Shown here in pieces: positions 12,601 to 26,589 of a stretch of 64,000 nt of DNA. The position numbers and the translations under genes were made by a program. The notes below the pieces were generated by a model, which saw nothing but the letters and a program-made list of their open reading frames with translations, had not been told where the DNA came from and ran no database searches. Source of the DNA: Lama guanicoe (lineage: Eukaryota); contig MU053810.1 in NCBI GenBank assembly GCA_013239625.1, positions 3,111,518 to 3,175,517 on the forward strand, read 5' to 3'. Position 1 is the first letter of the stretch; every line of letters begins with the position of its first letter.

Positions 12601-14329
12601 CAAATGAGACAATAAAGAAGGAATTGATCCCTCCCTATAATCTGTAAACTCAACGTCAGACACCGTGTCTGATTTATACCCTCCTCCCCAATTCACTGCC
12701 TAAATGGGCTTTGAACATTACTGGTTCTCTCTTATATATACACATATATATTTTTAAAATAAAGATACCTTTTTGTAACTCCCCATTGCTTAGAGCATAT
12801 ACAAAGTTGTCCAGCTAGAAGAATCTGACTTGTGCCTTATTTATCCCCTTTGAGTAGGAATTAACATCTTAATAGGATTCACTTGGTAAAAGTACCAAAT
12901 CATTCCAATTAAACTGAAGGGTATTAATAACTTTCTAACTTTGCCCATTTTTAGAAAGCTTGTCTGAAAAAAAAAAAAAGCTCCCTACCCTTCCAGTGAG
13001 ATTCGTCTTATTTGTTCATCTACCAGGAGAAAAGCATCACGAAGAAGCAGGAGCCTGTATTAAAAGCCTATTCTAAAAAGATTTATAAAGTCAACTGTTT
13101 GAGTCAGAGGAAAACCCACGCCAAATTCAATTTGATAAAAATTGTGAGGGCACCAATGGACAGATTTAGGCTCTTAGTAAGGCCTAGATCATTGGTTTAG
13201 TTCTTGCCACAACTTACTTCCTTTCTCCTCTCTTTCATAAAGAAATAGTCTGAAAGTAAGATGTGAATATAACTTTAACTTTAATCAAAGGCAACTAATA
13301 AAAAACCAAGGAAGGTTAACTTTTAAAAAGAAACGTTCTAAGATTCCTTCAAATGTCCTGAGACATTTTTTAAAAAGGGTCTCCTAATCAAAGTCGATCT
13401 GCTTAAAAAATTCCAGAAGCATTAGAATCACATAAAGGATGAAAACTTGTATTTTTTTTCCTGTAGGATATGGTTCTGACAGACCACAGTGAGGAGGTAA
13501 AACTGGCCAGGAGGTATGAGAATGCACTAGTAAATGTGAATAAGAAGAATGTATTTGCTAATAAATATACTGGGAAGCAAAATCATTTTATTTTCAAATA
13601 TCATGATTAAAAGAGGGACTCAGGTCAGAAAATGATGTCAGTGCTTTTAGATTTGTATTGACTGAAGCTTCCACTTGAAATAGCTTCTATCAGCTGGTTC
13701 TTTAACAGAAAGAACCAAGGCAAATTATGCCCAGCCCTCGTTACCCCACCCCATCCCCCCAAAAAGGAAAAACAAAACCGGAGACTCTCTACTACCAAGA
13801 TTGAGCACAATCAGGAAATACCACCTTCTGCTTAATCTTTAATGTAGGAACATATTTCTCATTGTTTCACTGAACGGCGCTTAGAGACCTTGAACTTTAA
13901 AATCATCATAGGTCTAGAGAAACCTTCTGAGAACCACAATTCAGGGGCGTCATGTATTCAAAAGCATCAATCTCTTCTGAAACAGTTCATCTTTTTTTTT
14001 TTTAAGGATCAAAGTCAACAGTGAGTGTAAACCAAAAAGTAATTTTCAAAAAAGTTTAGCCTTCAAACATAAGTATCTTAGTGCCTGGGGTTTCCTCTGA
14101 TCAAAAGAAAACAAGAGAAAAATGACTAACATTGCTGTCTTCTCTGCACGCTTCTCTTAAAATGGTCTTTGGAAGTCCCTTGGGAAAATGAGATCCAGCT
14201 TCCACACCTATTCAAATTATGCCATGCCCACGAATACTGCAAAAAAAGAGATTCTAAGCTTAAGGGTTTTTTTTTTGTTTTTTTGTTTTAAGATATTCAC
14301 TTCTGCGTAAACCCTGAGCCTCCTCGGGG

Positions 14330-16450
14330 CGGGGATGCTGGGCTGGTGGGACGGCGCGGGGCGAGTCCGGGCGCAGAGCCGTGGGGGACCAGGGCGCGGG
14401 CGAGCGCCCGGCTAATTACAGGAGAAGTTTGGTTCCAAAAAACCTGTCTCTACCAGACCAACTCGCCACCCAGCCTCACCATCCCTACCACCCTCGCTCC
14501 CCGACACGCGGGAAACATCCAGAGAGATGGGCGGCGGAGTGCGAGCCCAGAGAGGGAACTCAGAACAGAAGCGCCTGTGACACAAAATGGAGAAGGGGGA
14601 ACCAAGAGGGGAAAGAAAAGAGGGAAAAGCGGGGGAAAGAGGTTCTTAATAAGAAAAACAAAGGGGTGATGAGCTAGAGAGAACGCGGAGGAATGCCAAG
14701 GAGAGGGGCGTTGAAGGACTAGAAACAAAAAGTAGACGAAGTAAGAGACAGAGGAGGAAAGAAAGACGTTTTAGAGGCCGAGGCTCCATTTTCAGCAGCG
14801 CCATTTCGCTTTTCCTTTCGCCGCGTTGTGTTTGGTTTTGTTTGCAGCCGGTGGACGGGCGCCAGCGCGTTTCTGCAGCTTCAGCAGCTTTGGTCCGACA
14901 GATGGGGAGGGACAGGGCCCGGGCCGGCCGCGGCCCCCTCCCCGGCCTGGACGTCCCGCGCACCTCCCGCCCGCGCTGCTCCCCGCGGCCAGTCGGCCTC
15001 CCCATCCGTCCCCAGCCCGGAGGAGACGCGGTGCCCGAGCCCGTGGCGGGCCCCGGGGTCAGCAGAGGCCTCCGATGCCGCCCGCGGGGCTGGCGGTGGG
15101 CGCGTGCGGCGAAGGGATGGAAGACCGAGAAGCGTCGAGGGAAGAAACTGAAAAAGACCAACAGCAGCCATGGGGAGGAGGGGAGGGCGCACGCTGCGGG
15201 GTGGGGGTGGGGGCCGGGAGGGATGCCCGAAGGTAGACCTTCCTGGGGGTGGCTGGGGCCCCCGTCCGCATTCGGCCCTGGGCGAGCGGTCCGCGGAGCA
15301 CCTCCACCTGCGCCTGGCGGCGGTGGCGGCGCGGCCTCATTCGCGCGCTCGCGCCGGGGCCTCGTCCCCCGCCAGCCCGGAGCCCAGCTGCCCGTCGCGG
15401 CGCCCGGCTCAGACTGCCAGGCCTCTCCCTGCTGCCGGAAGAAAAGCCAAGCCCCAGGCGGGCCGAGAGGGAAGGACGGGCCAGCACCAGCCTCGGGGCG
15501 CCCATCCAGGAGGCGGCACGGGAAACCGATCTGACGCGGGGCGAGTCCCAGGGACTTTCGGTGCGGTCAGCGTCTCGGAGCGTCTTCGGGGTTAAGTTCT
15601 GGGGCAACTGGAGGCGGTTCAGGAAACAAAGTTAGATTTTTCTCATCCCCGACCCCCAAATGCTGGTTTCCGTCGACTTATAGTGGGTCTATTATAAGAA
15701 TGTCCAACCCGCCCTGGCTACGTTTACTTTGTACCCCTCCCCTTTTCTCCTCACTTGCACTTGTCATTGTCCTTCGCTCGAAGTGATGTCCTCGCCGGCG
15801 ATAGAGAAGTCTCCGGGTTCCCAGCGTCCGCATCCCCACCTCTTGGCCCGCGGCACCCACCGCCCCCGAGCCTCCAGAGGAGAGTCGGGAGAGACCCCTG
15901 GCAGGGAGGCCATGCGTCCGGGGCTGCGGCCGGTCTCGGCCCAGCTCCCCGCGTGGACCGGTACAGGGTGGCCGCGGCCAGGGAGGCTCCGAGGCCAGAC
16001 CCGCCGTCGAGTTCCGCGCCGCGCTGAGCCGCGGGGCCAGGATCGCCGCCTCCAGCTTCCCGGGCCCTCCGTCCTTCACCCTGAAGGAGTGTGGAAGCTT
16101 GAGACTGGAGGCTTCTACAGGCCGGTGTAGACCCGGGATCACCTTAGTGGTTACCAAACCCTACAATGTCCCGGGGCAGCTCAGCCAGCGCTTCCCTGGT
16201 TTTGAACCTAGGAGTGTCTTCACTCCTGTGCAACCTCCGGCTCTGTGCGTCCTCCGTCCGTGGTCAGCTCTAACAACATAGCTCTGTGCCGGCCACCGGA
16301 CTCAGGAGTGCTCAGATAACTTAGACCCCGCAATAAATCAGACATGCCACCCAAACTTGGCGCCTTAGAAGCCCCTCTGATGCGGGCGGCAGAGCCCTGG
16401 AATCCACTCACTCTGCCAGCTACGCAGCAGGCCCACCTGCGGCTCCGCCT
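14330..16450. promoter_or_regulatory. Large orphan CpG island, probable (lncRNA) promoter
   Basis: About 2.1 kb of CpG-dense sequence with GC boxes and tandem YY1-type motifs (GCTCCATTTT 14783-14792, GCGCCATTTC 14798-14807); no recognisable protein-coding exon. Confidence 0.85.
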
Positions 16451-19400
16451 TGGCCCTTGTAATCCGGCTATTTTATCACTACTACTATACTCATCGGTCT
16501 TTAAAATTTGAAATAACATTAATTTCTAACAATTGATCCTTTATATAAATAGTTTTTCAGAGTACAGATTTCCACAAAGAAAACATATCTTTCCCAAACA
16601 AAAATAAAAAACAGAAACAAATAAAAAAAACCCACACAGATTTCTTGTATTCTTCCGTTAGAAAAGTTGTATTAAAATGCAGGTTTCAAGTTACTTTAGG
16701 ATTCAACTGTTTTCCCTAAGAGAAAGCTCGCTGGCTAAGCTCAACCTTTAGTCTTGACATCTTTAGTTAAGGTGATCTTCTCCTTGTGTTTTGTTTGTGA
16801 TTTTTGGAAGACGAGATCAGTGCTAAAATCAAGATTTCAAATTCAGTTAGTTACCTGCGATGATTTTAGACTGTTCCACAAAATTAAGAAGTAAAAAACA
16901 CTGACAAGATGTAAGGCCTAGTTCACAAATAACATTGCCGCTCTGGTTTTTGAAAGAGATATCTAAAAAAAGAGGACTGTTGAAGATTTTAAAAATTAAA
17001 GTATTCACAGTCTGGAGTGATAGATGCTCAAATTTACCATTTGACAATATATGACATTTTAAATTGAGCGTTGTCCATAAGTCTCATGTTTATATTCTGT
17101 TTCTTGGATATACTCAACAGTCTTCTGCAGTTCCTTCTTTTATGGAAAAGCTTGCATATCATTCACCAGGTTACTTTTAATTTAATCATATTTTTTTCTT
17201 TTTAAGTACAAACTCTCATGGCAGCCAAATACAAAGGCAAATATAGCTTAAAATAAGTAACTTTCTCATCTCTCAGGGATCACTTCCTTGAGAAATAAAA
17301 GTTAGAAGTTGTAGTTTGGTAGGTATTTTGCTCTTAAATCTAGCCACTGAATGCAGCTGATTAGGTATTCAGGCCTACTTTTCTTTTTTAAAACATTGCA
17401 AAACATTTATTAAACTTGAGAGAAACAGGGATTTCTTTTCATAAGTCCATGTACTGATTAATTTTCAGTGTAGAACAAAGATAACCACGTGAACGTACCC
17501 CACTTCCAGCATTTCATGTGTTAGTGCTAGGTAATGTGCAATTCAAAAAGGAAAGCATCTCTATTTGATAGATTTACCCTGTAAAAGAAGGCATACAATC
17601 ACTGCCTTAGAGTTAAAAGAAGAGGCAAATTTTAAGTAGAACTCTTTTGTTTTATTCAAAATCCATTTAGAAAGATAGGTAATATAAATTACCTTCGGAG
17701 CAAATTTTTGGCAAGATAGTTCTTAGGAATGCAAAAAGTTAAATCAGAAATGTCCAATATATGATAGTCAACTTATACAATTTTGGCAAAGCTACACTAT
17801 TATTTTTAACATTACCTGCTGATCTCTGCTTTCCAAATCCTAATATTAGTAATTTATTGCATGACTTTAAGGACACTTCTTTATATTTAGAATTGCCTGC
17901 TTTGTTACTTCATGAGTCATAATTGCTTCAACCCACTAAAATATGTATACCAAGTATATTTTAAATGTTCCTATTTGTTTTATGACTACCTCAAATTTTA
18001 GATATCTGCAACTTTTACATTTTGAAATACTTTTTTTAGTGCCAGATATTATTACATGTTAGCCCATGGAATACATTAAAGTATTTCTTTCTAATAGGAT
18101 CCAAATGTAAATGCCTAAAATAAGGCACGTATGATCACAGGAAGCAGCAAAGAAAATAACTTCATTTTACTATAATTCTGTTGGCATTTTAAGAACATTC
18201 AGTTAAAAATGTAAAGTAAGTTTCCAATTTGCTAAGCCCTAATTTTTGTATTAACCAGTAGAAAGTAGTTCAGTTTACATTCTCTAGCAATCCCTTCCCA
18301 GTCCATTGCTTTATTAACTACTCTTCTGATTGTGGCTACTAGCATGATCAAACACAGATAATGAAATGAGATGAAATTAAAAATTTTCCCTGTTTAATGT
18401 TTGATGTTGCTTTTTAATTGTTTTAAGAGAAATGGATATAGTTAAAAGATTTAAACAATTTTAAACCTAAAATTAAGATGAACACTTGCATTCATTTATC
18501 AAACACATAAAATTTTGTGAAGTCCAAAGTCATCTGAGCAATGGATGTGTTGAAAAGAAATACTGAAATACAAGAAGTTCAAGAGTTAAAATTCCTTATG
18601 TTAACTGGGAATTTAGGAATAGTGTTCTTTTTATTGTAATATTTCTTTGCTTTAGGATGGCTGGATATAATACAAAATGTCCTAATCTTAAAGTGTTGTA
18701 GTGCTAGTGGTGGCTGGATGGAGTTACTGAAGTAATCTTACTGCTTCTTTTTTTAAATCTGCGTTTGTTTGAAAATATTTTTGTTTGTTTTCAGCTAAAT
18801 ATTTGGCAATATGTCCAATGCCCCAGACAACTTCTTAAATAATTGTAAAGACCTAAAATTAACAGTGAAAGAATGTTAACCAGCTAAAATTTTATAGTTT
18901 TCATGTCACAAATAAAAATTGCTTATGAGCCATTGATCTTAAGTGGTATTAGTGAAAATTCTACAAAGCAATACAGAAAAATTGCATAATTGTAATACTG
19001 AATTAAAAATTATTACTACAAAAAATGGTGTATTTTATAAAAGTCAGTAATATTTTCAGTGGTTTTCACACATGTTAATGCATAGTTTTAAATTCTCCCC
19101 TTTACTATAGTGCAAGTCTTCTGAATGAATTGTTTTTAAACTTATAGAATATCCAGCTGATTTCATACATTGGTAATAGTAAGAAACTACTAGAATTCTT
19201 GGTTACTAACAATGGTCTAAACACAATGATAACAGAATTTCATAAATCAATTATATGCTCCATTTGAAGCTTACAAAGAATAATTAACTTACTTGACACT
19301 AACACAAACAATGTTTTGTTTCTTCACAGAACAGGCTATAAGCTGTTTTCAATTATTGCAGTGAAATGCTGTCCTCTAAAATTAACAAATGAATGCACAT

Positions 19401-22389
19401 TTGCATACTGTACATTGTAGTTTAGACAACTTAAAAGTGGGGCTACCCAATTGTTTTTCTAATGATATATTGCCTACTCACATAATTTATTTTCCACTGA
19501 GGAATTAATGATTACCTGATTTTTTTTTAACTAAGTAACTTGGTGAAATAAAAACTCCTAATGAATTATCCTTATGAATGCTGTGAAATAAAATTAATCT
19601 TTTGAAATGGCATCTAGAGATTGTGATTTTAATTCTTTATTTAGAATATTTAGCATAAAAGACATGTTATAGCTTTTGCCATGCTCTTCCTTACAAAGAC
19701 GCAGGAAAAAATAGAAACAAATACATAGATAATTAAAATAAACAGTTTCTGGCTATGTCAAACAAAGGAGAGTTTTATGGGAAGAGGTGGTTGGTGCAGA
19801 ATTCTTGCCTGCCCTCGTCACAAGTGGAGTAGGCAAATTGCTACTTGGTACAATTTCAAGGGTAACTGCAAGGAGTGTATCCTCCTCAAATATTTCCATT
19901 GCCCATTTATTGATGCCTTCAAATTTTTAGCTTAAATGTTAGAACATACATAAAATCTAAGTCCTATTGAGAAAACTCACATTTTCAGCTGTTATCAATA
20001 CCTTTGAGTGGATGTCAGAGCTATTGTTGGTGGAAGAGAAAGTTTCAGGACACTGAGTAATTAATATGAATGGAGAGAGAATTAATATGAATTGAGGAAG
20101 TGGGAGAGGCAGAGAGAGGGATAAGGATGGGAAACTGCTGAGAAACAGAGACAAACTTTTTTGTCCACAATTCTGCTTGGTCAAAAGTATCTGACTAGAT
20201 AAAGCTCCATTTAAAATCAGCAATTAATGATCTATAATCTGCTTCATTTTATACCATTTCTTAAATCTGGGCAATTAAGTTATCAGTGTAAGGCATAATG
20301 GGAAAAAAAATGAATTAATTAGTAGTTTCAGGTGCAAACTTGACTTGAATGTAAAATGCTCAGATCATTGAAGTCACGTCTATAAAATAGAAAGTGAAAT
20401 ATTGGTTGGGTTATGTATTTGACAACCAGATAATTTATCTGTCCACATAAATCAAATTTACTAGGTGATTGCTAGATTTCAGCTTTACTATGAGCTTTAT
20501 TTATATATATCATGACAAAAGACAGTCTCTTAAATTATTTTTGTAGACTTTAGGGTTTTTGTTTTTTCTATTGGTTATATTAACGACAATTTCCATGCTG
20601 TGTAGAAATTAGACCATAATGTCAATTTCAAATCAATTGTTAAGAAAGCCAAACAATCATGTAATGGTTCAGTTATTTCAAACATAAACCAGACTCAGAT
20701 TTTTTTTTTTTAACAAATTGGCTCCAATCCATTCAAGATTCTATTTTAAAAGCAGCATTTAGCAGTTTTCAGGCAATTTCCAAAGAAATGCAGATTAATG
20801 AATCATCAGTGATTAAATTTAGCTTCCTAATTTAAAGTGAAAAATGAATTATTGGTCAAAATGCTAATGACATAAAAGTGAAATTCGTGTATATCCCTTG
20901 TTCTTAAATATTGAACAAATATGAACTAAGCACTGAATTAGCCAACACCAAAAAATATTAAAATACAATGCCTAGTTAATTTGTTTGTCATCCCCAAAAT
21001 TGATTGCCCTGCTTTGCAGTTCAGTAACTTATGTGTGATCAAAAGTGTGTTTCCATACCTTTAAGTTTAAACAACTGGAAACCATTTCTCGATGGTGCTG
21101 TTAATCCAAGAAACGTGGAGACATACTGCTGATTTTGGAAGCTGATTTGTGCTGATTTGTGAAGGAATTGTTTCGCTTGTACCCTGGCCTCTGATGAAGG
21201 GAGACACACTTTCAGACACTAGTTGCTTATTTGCTTCCTGAGTCCAGTTCTAATGGCCTATGACTGTCCCTTCTCCGATCTGACTGGATTCTGGTTTCCT
21301 ATTTTGCGATTGAAGGCTGATTTTTTTTTTACTCCCATATCCCTGATTTGGCTTGATGAGTAAACTGTTGTTTTGTGCCTGCTTTCTTAGTGTTTGTTTT
21401 TGAAAAGCCTTTGATCTATTTCTCTGGCCACAGCCCACCCCAGCCCAGTCAAAGCCTAACATGAACACAGTGGCTCAGCGAGCGGTCGGTGCTATTTCTC
21501 CTGGTAGCCTGACCACCCCCCCACCTGCCCTCCAGTAAGAAGGACCTGCCATCCATGGACTGGGTTTCCCTCTCAGCTGTTCCTGGTACCCAATTGCCCA
21601 GAATCCAGCACCTGTGTGCTTCCTTCAGAACAGACCGGGAAAGATCTCAGCTTTGCCACATGTCAGAGGGTTTCCTTCAATTTTTTCTATTGACTAGATT
21701 GGTGAGTGATATTTTTTGTTGGTTGGTTGCCAAAGATGACCTTTCACCAGGTTTATCTGAGAACCTGGCCAATATGTACATCTTCAGTTAAAAAGAGTAG
21801 AAGAAGTATCCCCAATGCCCACCTTGTCTCAGGGCTGGGCCAGCCTCGTGTCCCTGGCCTTGTCTTGGCCTTCGTGCCAAAAAACTGTGGAGGACACAAT
21901 GGCTCTGTTTTTACTGGTATTGGGTTGCCTCATCCTGGGTTGCTGCCTTTGTTTGGCTCTGTGACAACTTTTACTAAAACCCAGAACATCTGTGAAGCTT
22001 CTACATCAGCAAGATAACCAAAGCCAGATTGTGTTCTTATAGAAAGTGAAATCAGTGTTGCTGGTTTAATTTGTCATAATGTTTTCCACAACACAGTTCT
22101 TTCAGTTTTTCCCAATCCTGAACTACCTCTGTCTAGGATTCTGACATAAACAGATGGTAAAGCTCTAACTCTACCGCCGAGTCTTTTACTTCCTTGAAGA
22201 TTTGGTTTGGTTATCTTACTCCCAGATACACTCAGTTATAATTAACTCAAGTACAGGGATGGCGAACCTACCTGTAGTTTTTTTTTTAAATCTACTTTTT
22301 TAACATGTAATGTTATTTAATTATTCCTCCATAGTAAATTTATGAGGATATTATTAAACATACTTTACAGAGATGCAAGCATTTGTTCT

Positions 22390-22525
22390 TAGCTAATACA
22401 ACAACTCACATTTGGCCAGACATTGTACAAGTGTATGAAGCGCACGCAGAAGGGCTCTGTGAAGTGGGTACAAATATTATGACATTTTACTGAGGAAAGA
22501 AGGCTTGGGATAGTTAATAAAGTGA
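22390..22525 (-). mobile_element. MIR fragment
   Basis: ccagacattgtacaagtg...ctctgtgaagtgggtac...cattttactgaggaa...gttaataaagtgact. Confidence 0.55.
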
Positions 22526-22534
22526 CTGAGATGC

Positions 22535-23840
22535 TTACCAATGTTACTAATGGCCTTCCATGTTGTCAAATACAGTGCATCCTTTTCTGACATCGTTCTC
22601 AACCTAACAGTGCCAGGCAACCCTCTTAGTTTGACGGCTGGCTCCTTTCCCTTCCTTACTGGTCTCCTTTGCTGCCTCTTCCTTCTTTACCTTAACTCTC
22701 AGTGATGATCTTCTTTAAGACAGGGTCCTGTCCCTTGTCTTTATTCTCTCTACCGTCTTCCCTGGATGGCCCCACATAGTCTTATACTCTGTTGTATTCT
22801 GCATGTCTACAGTGACAACATTTACACCTCTATGGAAGACCTCTTCTCTGAGCACCAATTTATCTATCCAACAACCTGCCTGATATCACCATTTGGATGC
22901 CTCATGGGTATCTAAAATCACATAATAGATCCAAAGCTAAATCTTTGACCTTCTGCCTACAAATCGGCTCCTCCCCATTCTCAGTGAATGGTATTACCCC
23001 TTACCTAGTTGCTCAGGTCAGAAACCTGGATGGCATTCTTAAAATTCCTACATCCAATTCATCATCAGCTTCTATCAGTTTCACTCCACAATGCCTCCTG
23101 TCTTTGTAATTCTTCTCTATCTTGATGGCCACCACATTAGCTCAAGCCACCATATATTTTCCTCTGTACTACTGGAATAACTGCTTAAGGGGCCTCCCCT
23201 CTGCTTTGCCCCTGAAATTTGTTCTCCATCCAGACATTGTACTCTTTACATACACATTTTTGGGGTAAAATTTTTACAGAAAAGTGCACAAATCATAAAT
23301 GTTTAGCTGAATGAATTTTCACATCCTGAACAGACCTGTGTCACCAATGCTCAGGTCAAGAAATAGAATGCTATCATTACCCCCAGAAACTCCCCTCTTA
23401 ATCTCTCCTGGTCATTACCCACCAAAGGTACCCACTATCCTGACTTCTGTGCCACAGATTAGTTTTGTTCATTTCTGAGCATTACGTAACTAGTATGAAC
23501 AAGTTTGAAACATAAAAAATATTATGATACTACAGCCTAAACTCCTCAAAGGCTTCCTTTATACTTGGACAAAAACACAAAATTTTACCATAGCCTGCAA
23601 GTCCCAACACATTCTGTCCTCTTCATATTTCCCCAATATCAACTCCATTAATTTCCAATTTACTCAACACACTTCAGCTCACTCAGCCTTGTTTTAATTC
23701 CTTAAATATGTCAAGCCCCTGCCTTGACTCAGGGCCTTTGCATGTGCTGCTTCCTCTGCTAGTTTGCTAGTTTCAGCATGGCTGGTTTCTTCTCACTCCT
23801 AAGTTCTCATGTAAGCATCACCTCCCCAGAGAAACTTCCC
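22535..23840 (+). mobile_element. L2 (L2a-like) split by an antisense L1 tail
   Basis: Long pyrimidine-rich L2 signature (ggatgcctcatgggtatctaaaatc...tctcagtgaatgg...gttgctcaggtcagaaacctgg...ctcagggcctttgcatgtgctgcttcctctgc). Confidence 0.8.
23255..23500 (-). mobile_element. Old L1 (L1MC/L1ME-like) 3' end inserted in L2
   Basis: aaagtgcacaaatcataaatg...gaatgaattttcac...caggtcaagaaatagaa...cccagaaactcccc...cactatcctgacttctg. Confidence 0.75.
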
Positions 23841-26589
23841 AGGGCTGGAGTAGAACGAAGCTCCAGAAGGCTGGGGTGGGTCAGGAATGGTTCAAGCTCT
23901 CTTGCTTGGCAAACAAGAAAGAAAATCTTGTCTCTGCTTGTTTTAGCAGCTGTGCATGCAAACCATTTATGGGGGTATTTGAATTGGTTAAATTTGGTTT
24001 AAAGGAAGCTGGAGGAATCAGAAAAACAGTGTCAAACAGAGATGGCCGAATCTGAAAGGCCAGCTCATTTGTCTTCTGGGAAGCAAGATAAAGCAGCTCT
24101 TTTATGGCCTGTTTTAGATTAATTGTTAGGGAGAGGAAGGACCCCGGCCTTTTCTTTTAAAATGCAAACATGAAGTCCATTGGTCTGTGACTAACTGGGT
24201 ACCTGGCGAGCAGAGAAGTGTGTGGGAGAGAAGCAAGGGCTCCTTCTGCACTTTTGGCCATTTTCCCCAAGACCCAGGTGGCAGATTCCTGGTGGAAACA
24301 GTGTCCTACAGAAGTTGAATCACTCATCATTCTATATTAAGTATGTGTATCTCAATTTGTGTGACTTGAACTTGGATTTCTTGCAATTCTGCTTTACCTA
24401 GCCCCTCAAATTTCCTCCCAGTGTCATTAAATACTTTCACACTATGGATGTTGCCTTTGGGCTTTGAAAACAGACATTTGGGAGGAAGGGAAGAGGAGAG
24501 AAGAAAGAGGATGAAGAGTGGATCTCAGAACACTGTCCAGTAAAGTTTCCTTGCAGAAACAAAGTCATCATCCACGGGAGGCACATCTACACTGTCCCCA
24601 GGGCTGTTCAGCAGGTCCCTGTCTGCTCCCTCTCATCACACAGGACACCTTGCCCTGGCCTGTGGAGTAAGGCTGCACAAATACTTTCCCTGGAAATCGT
24701 TCCTCCGTTTCACAGGATGCTCCAGCTTGAACAGGATTTTTGAATAAAATGCCTCCTGGAGGGTTTGGGTTCACTTTGGAGAAAGTCTCGTCGAGGGTTA
24801 TTCATGGGAAAGCATTCTGTGCTCCCTGAATGCTTGCTGTCAGGAAACACAGGCGTGGAGAACACAAAGGTACAATTATTTGTTTACAACAATAACTATA
24901 TTAGTATAATTGATCATTATTATTTACAGTATAAAAAATATTCACTCCTGTTACTATTCTGGGTTTTAGTTGGGCTGTTTCAAAAGAAAGACAGAGTCTG
25001 TCCTCAACTCCAGTCTGAATTTAAGGGATCTGAAAAAAGAACAAAGCATACATAATGGAGTTAACTCTTAGAGGACATCAAAATCTGGAATGGAATTTTC
25101 AAGCCATTTCTTATACAACCTAGCTGTTCCAATTAGCGTGCAATCATTTCAGGCTTTCTAAATAAAGGTTTTGTTTTTTTTTAAACCTTCAAACAAACAA
25201 AAGACAGAGTCTGAGTCAGTTTACCTCAATGGATGGAGGTACAAGTCCCATGGGACGGAGGCTCCGCAAAGAGCAGCCTCGCTTTGGGGTCACCTAGCGG
25301 GCTTTGCTCATTTCCTGGGTGTCTCCGGTGTTGGCTGTCGGGGCTTGTCTTGCCAGTGCTGCAACCCGTGTCCTCACGTTGTTTCCAAATTGGGGGCAGG
25401 GGAAGGAGGCAGGCTGGGGGATGTTCCACCACCAGGGACCGTGGCCTGGCTTCTTATCTCAAACCGGCAACTTGACTCTTTAACGTCCCTCCTGGAGCCT
25501 CCTGGCTGCTCCCAGCGCATCATTCTACCTCTTAACTTCTAAAAGTTTCACCTTCTGAGGCAGATTGCTTCATTCGCTTTAAGTTTTTCATTTCAAATTC
25601 CTGACACAGAGAGAAAGAAACAGGGAGAGAACCTAAATGGTCCGTTCACTCATTCAAGCCTAGTCCTGCCATGGTCACGCCTATGAATTTACTGTCCTTT
25701 CAGCTGGGGCCGGGATGTGAGTTGAAGGAGGCCATGTGATACGTGTGCCTAAAGTCTGTCCTTTTAGAAGGGGTGGGGAGTGATCCATCTTCCTTAGAAG
25801 CAACTGTGGTTGCAGCCGGTGATGTATTTGGCATTCCTAAGATATTCTCATCAACAAAAGAAAAGCCTTAGCACTGCAAGTAATAGGCATAAAACATACA
25901 AAGTCATCTTTCTTCTTTTTTACCTGATGTTAAAATCTATGTGTATAATGATGGTAGATATGTTTAAAGAATACATTCTTTAAAAAAAAAAAAGCTCTGG
26001 TTTGGAATGTTTATTTGACACAGCTGTGGAGCATTTTCCTACTGATTCAAGAAATTAATATATTCTTTAGAAGTATTAGTATTATGATGGTCTATTCCTT
26101 CAAACAATAAAAACCAGAACATAATGGTTGATGTCAGGCTTTAGTTTTGTGTACCTGGACCTCGATGGAAAAGAAAGCTTTGATGATGAGAAGAGTTTGG
26201 AGAGAATGTGTCTGTTTCAGCTACAGTATTCGTAATAGATGTGAGGTATTTCCAACCCTTTTCTGCATTATTTAACATGAATTTAACCCAATTTTCCCTA
26301 AGGCTCAATGGAAAACAGGTGTCAAGAGAGCAACACAAAGATGTTTTTATCTTCCTTAGCTATTTCTGCAGTGGTGGGAGAAAGTTTTCCCATGTTCTGA
26401 ATGAAAACAAGATTTTACATTTCCATCTGTCACATCGAGACAAAAACCTAGAAATCATTTTTGATTTCTTCCATCCCTTACCCCGTTTCCAGCCAACTCA
26501 TCATCAAATCCGGGTGGTTCTACTTCCAAAAGACATCCTGAGTCTGATCACTTCTCTCCACCTACACAGTTACCACTCCTGACTACTAT

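Noticed and set aside
14346..16519. Many overlapping 90-230 aa ORFs on both strands
   Set aside because: Pro/Arg/Gly/Ala-rich low-complexity translations, many with non-ATG starts, expected from stop-codon scarcity in a CpG island; no recognisable domain
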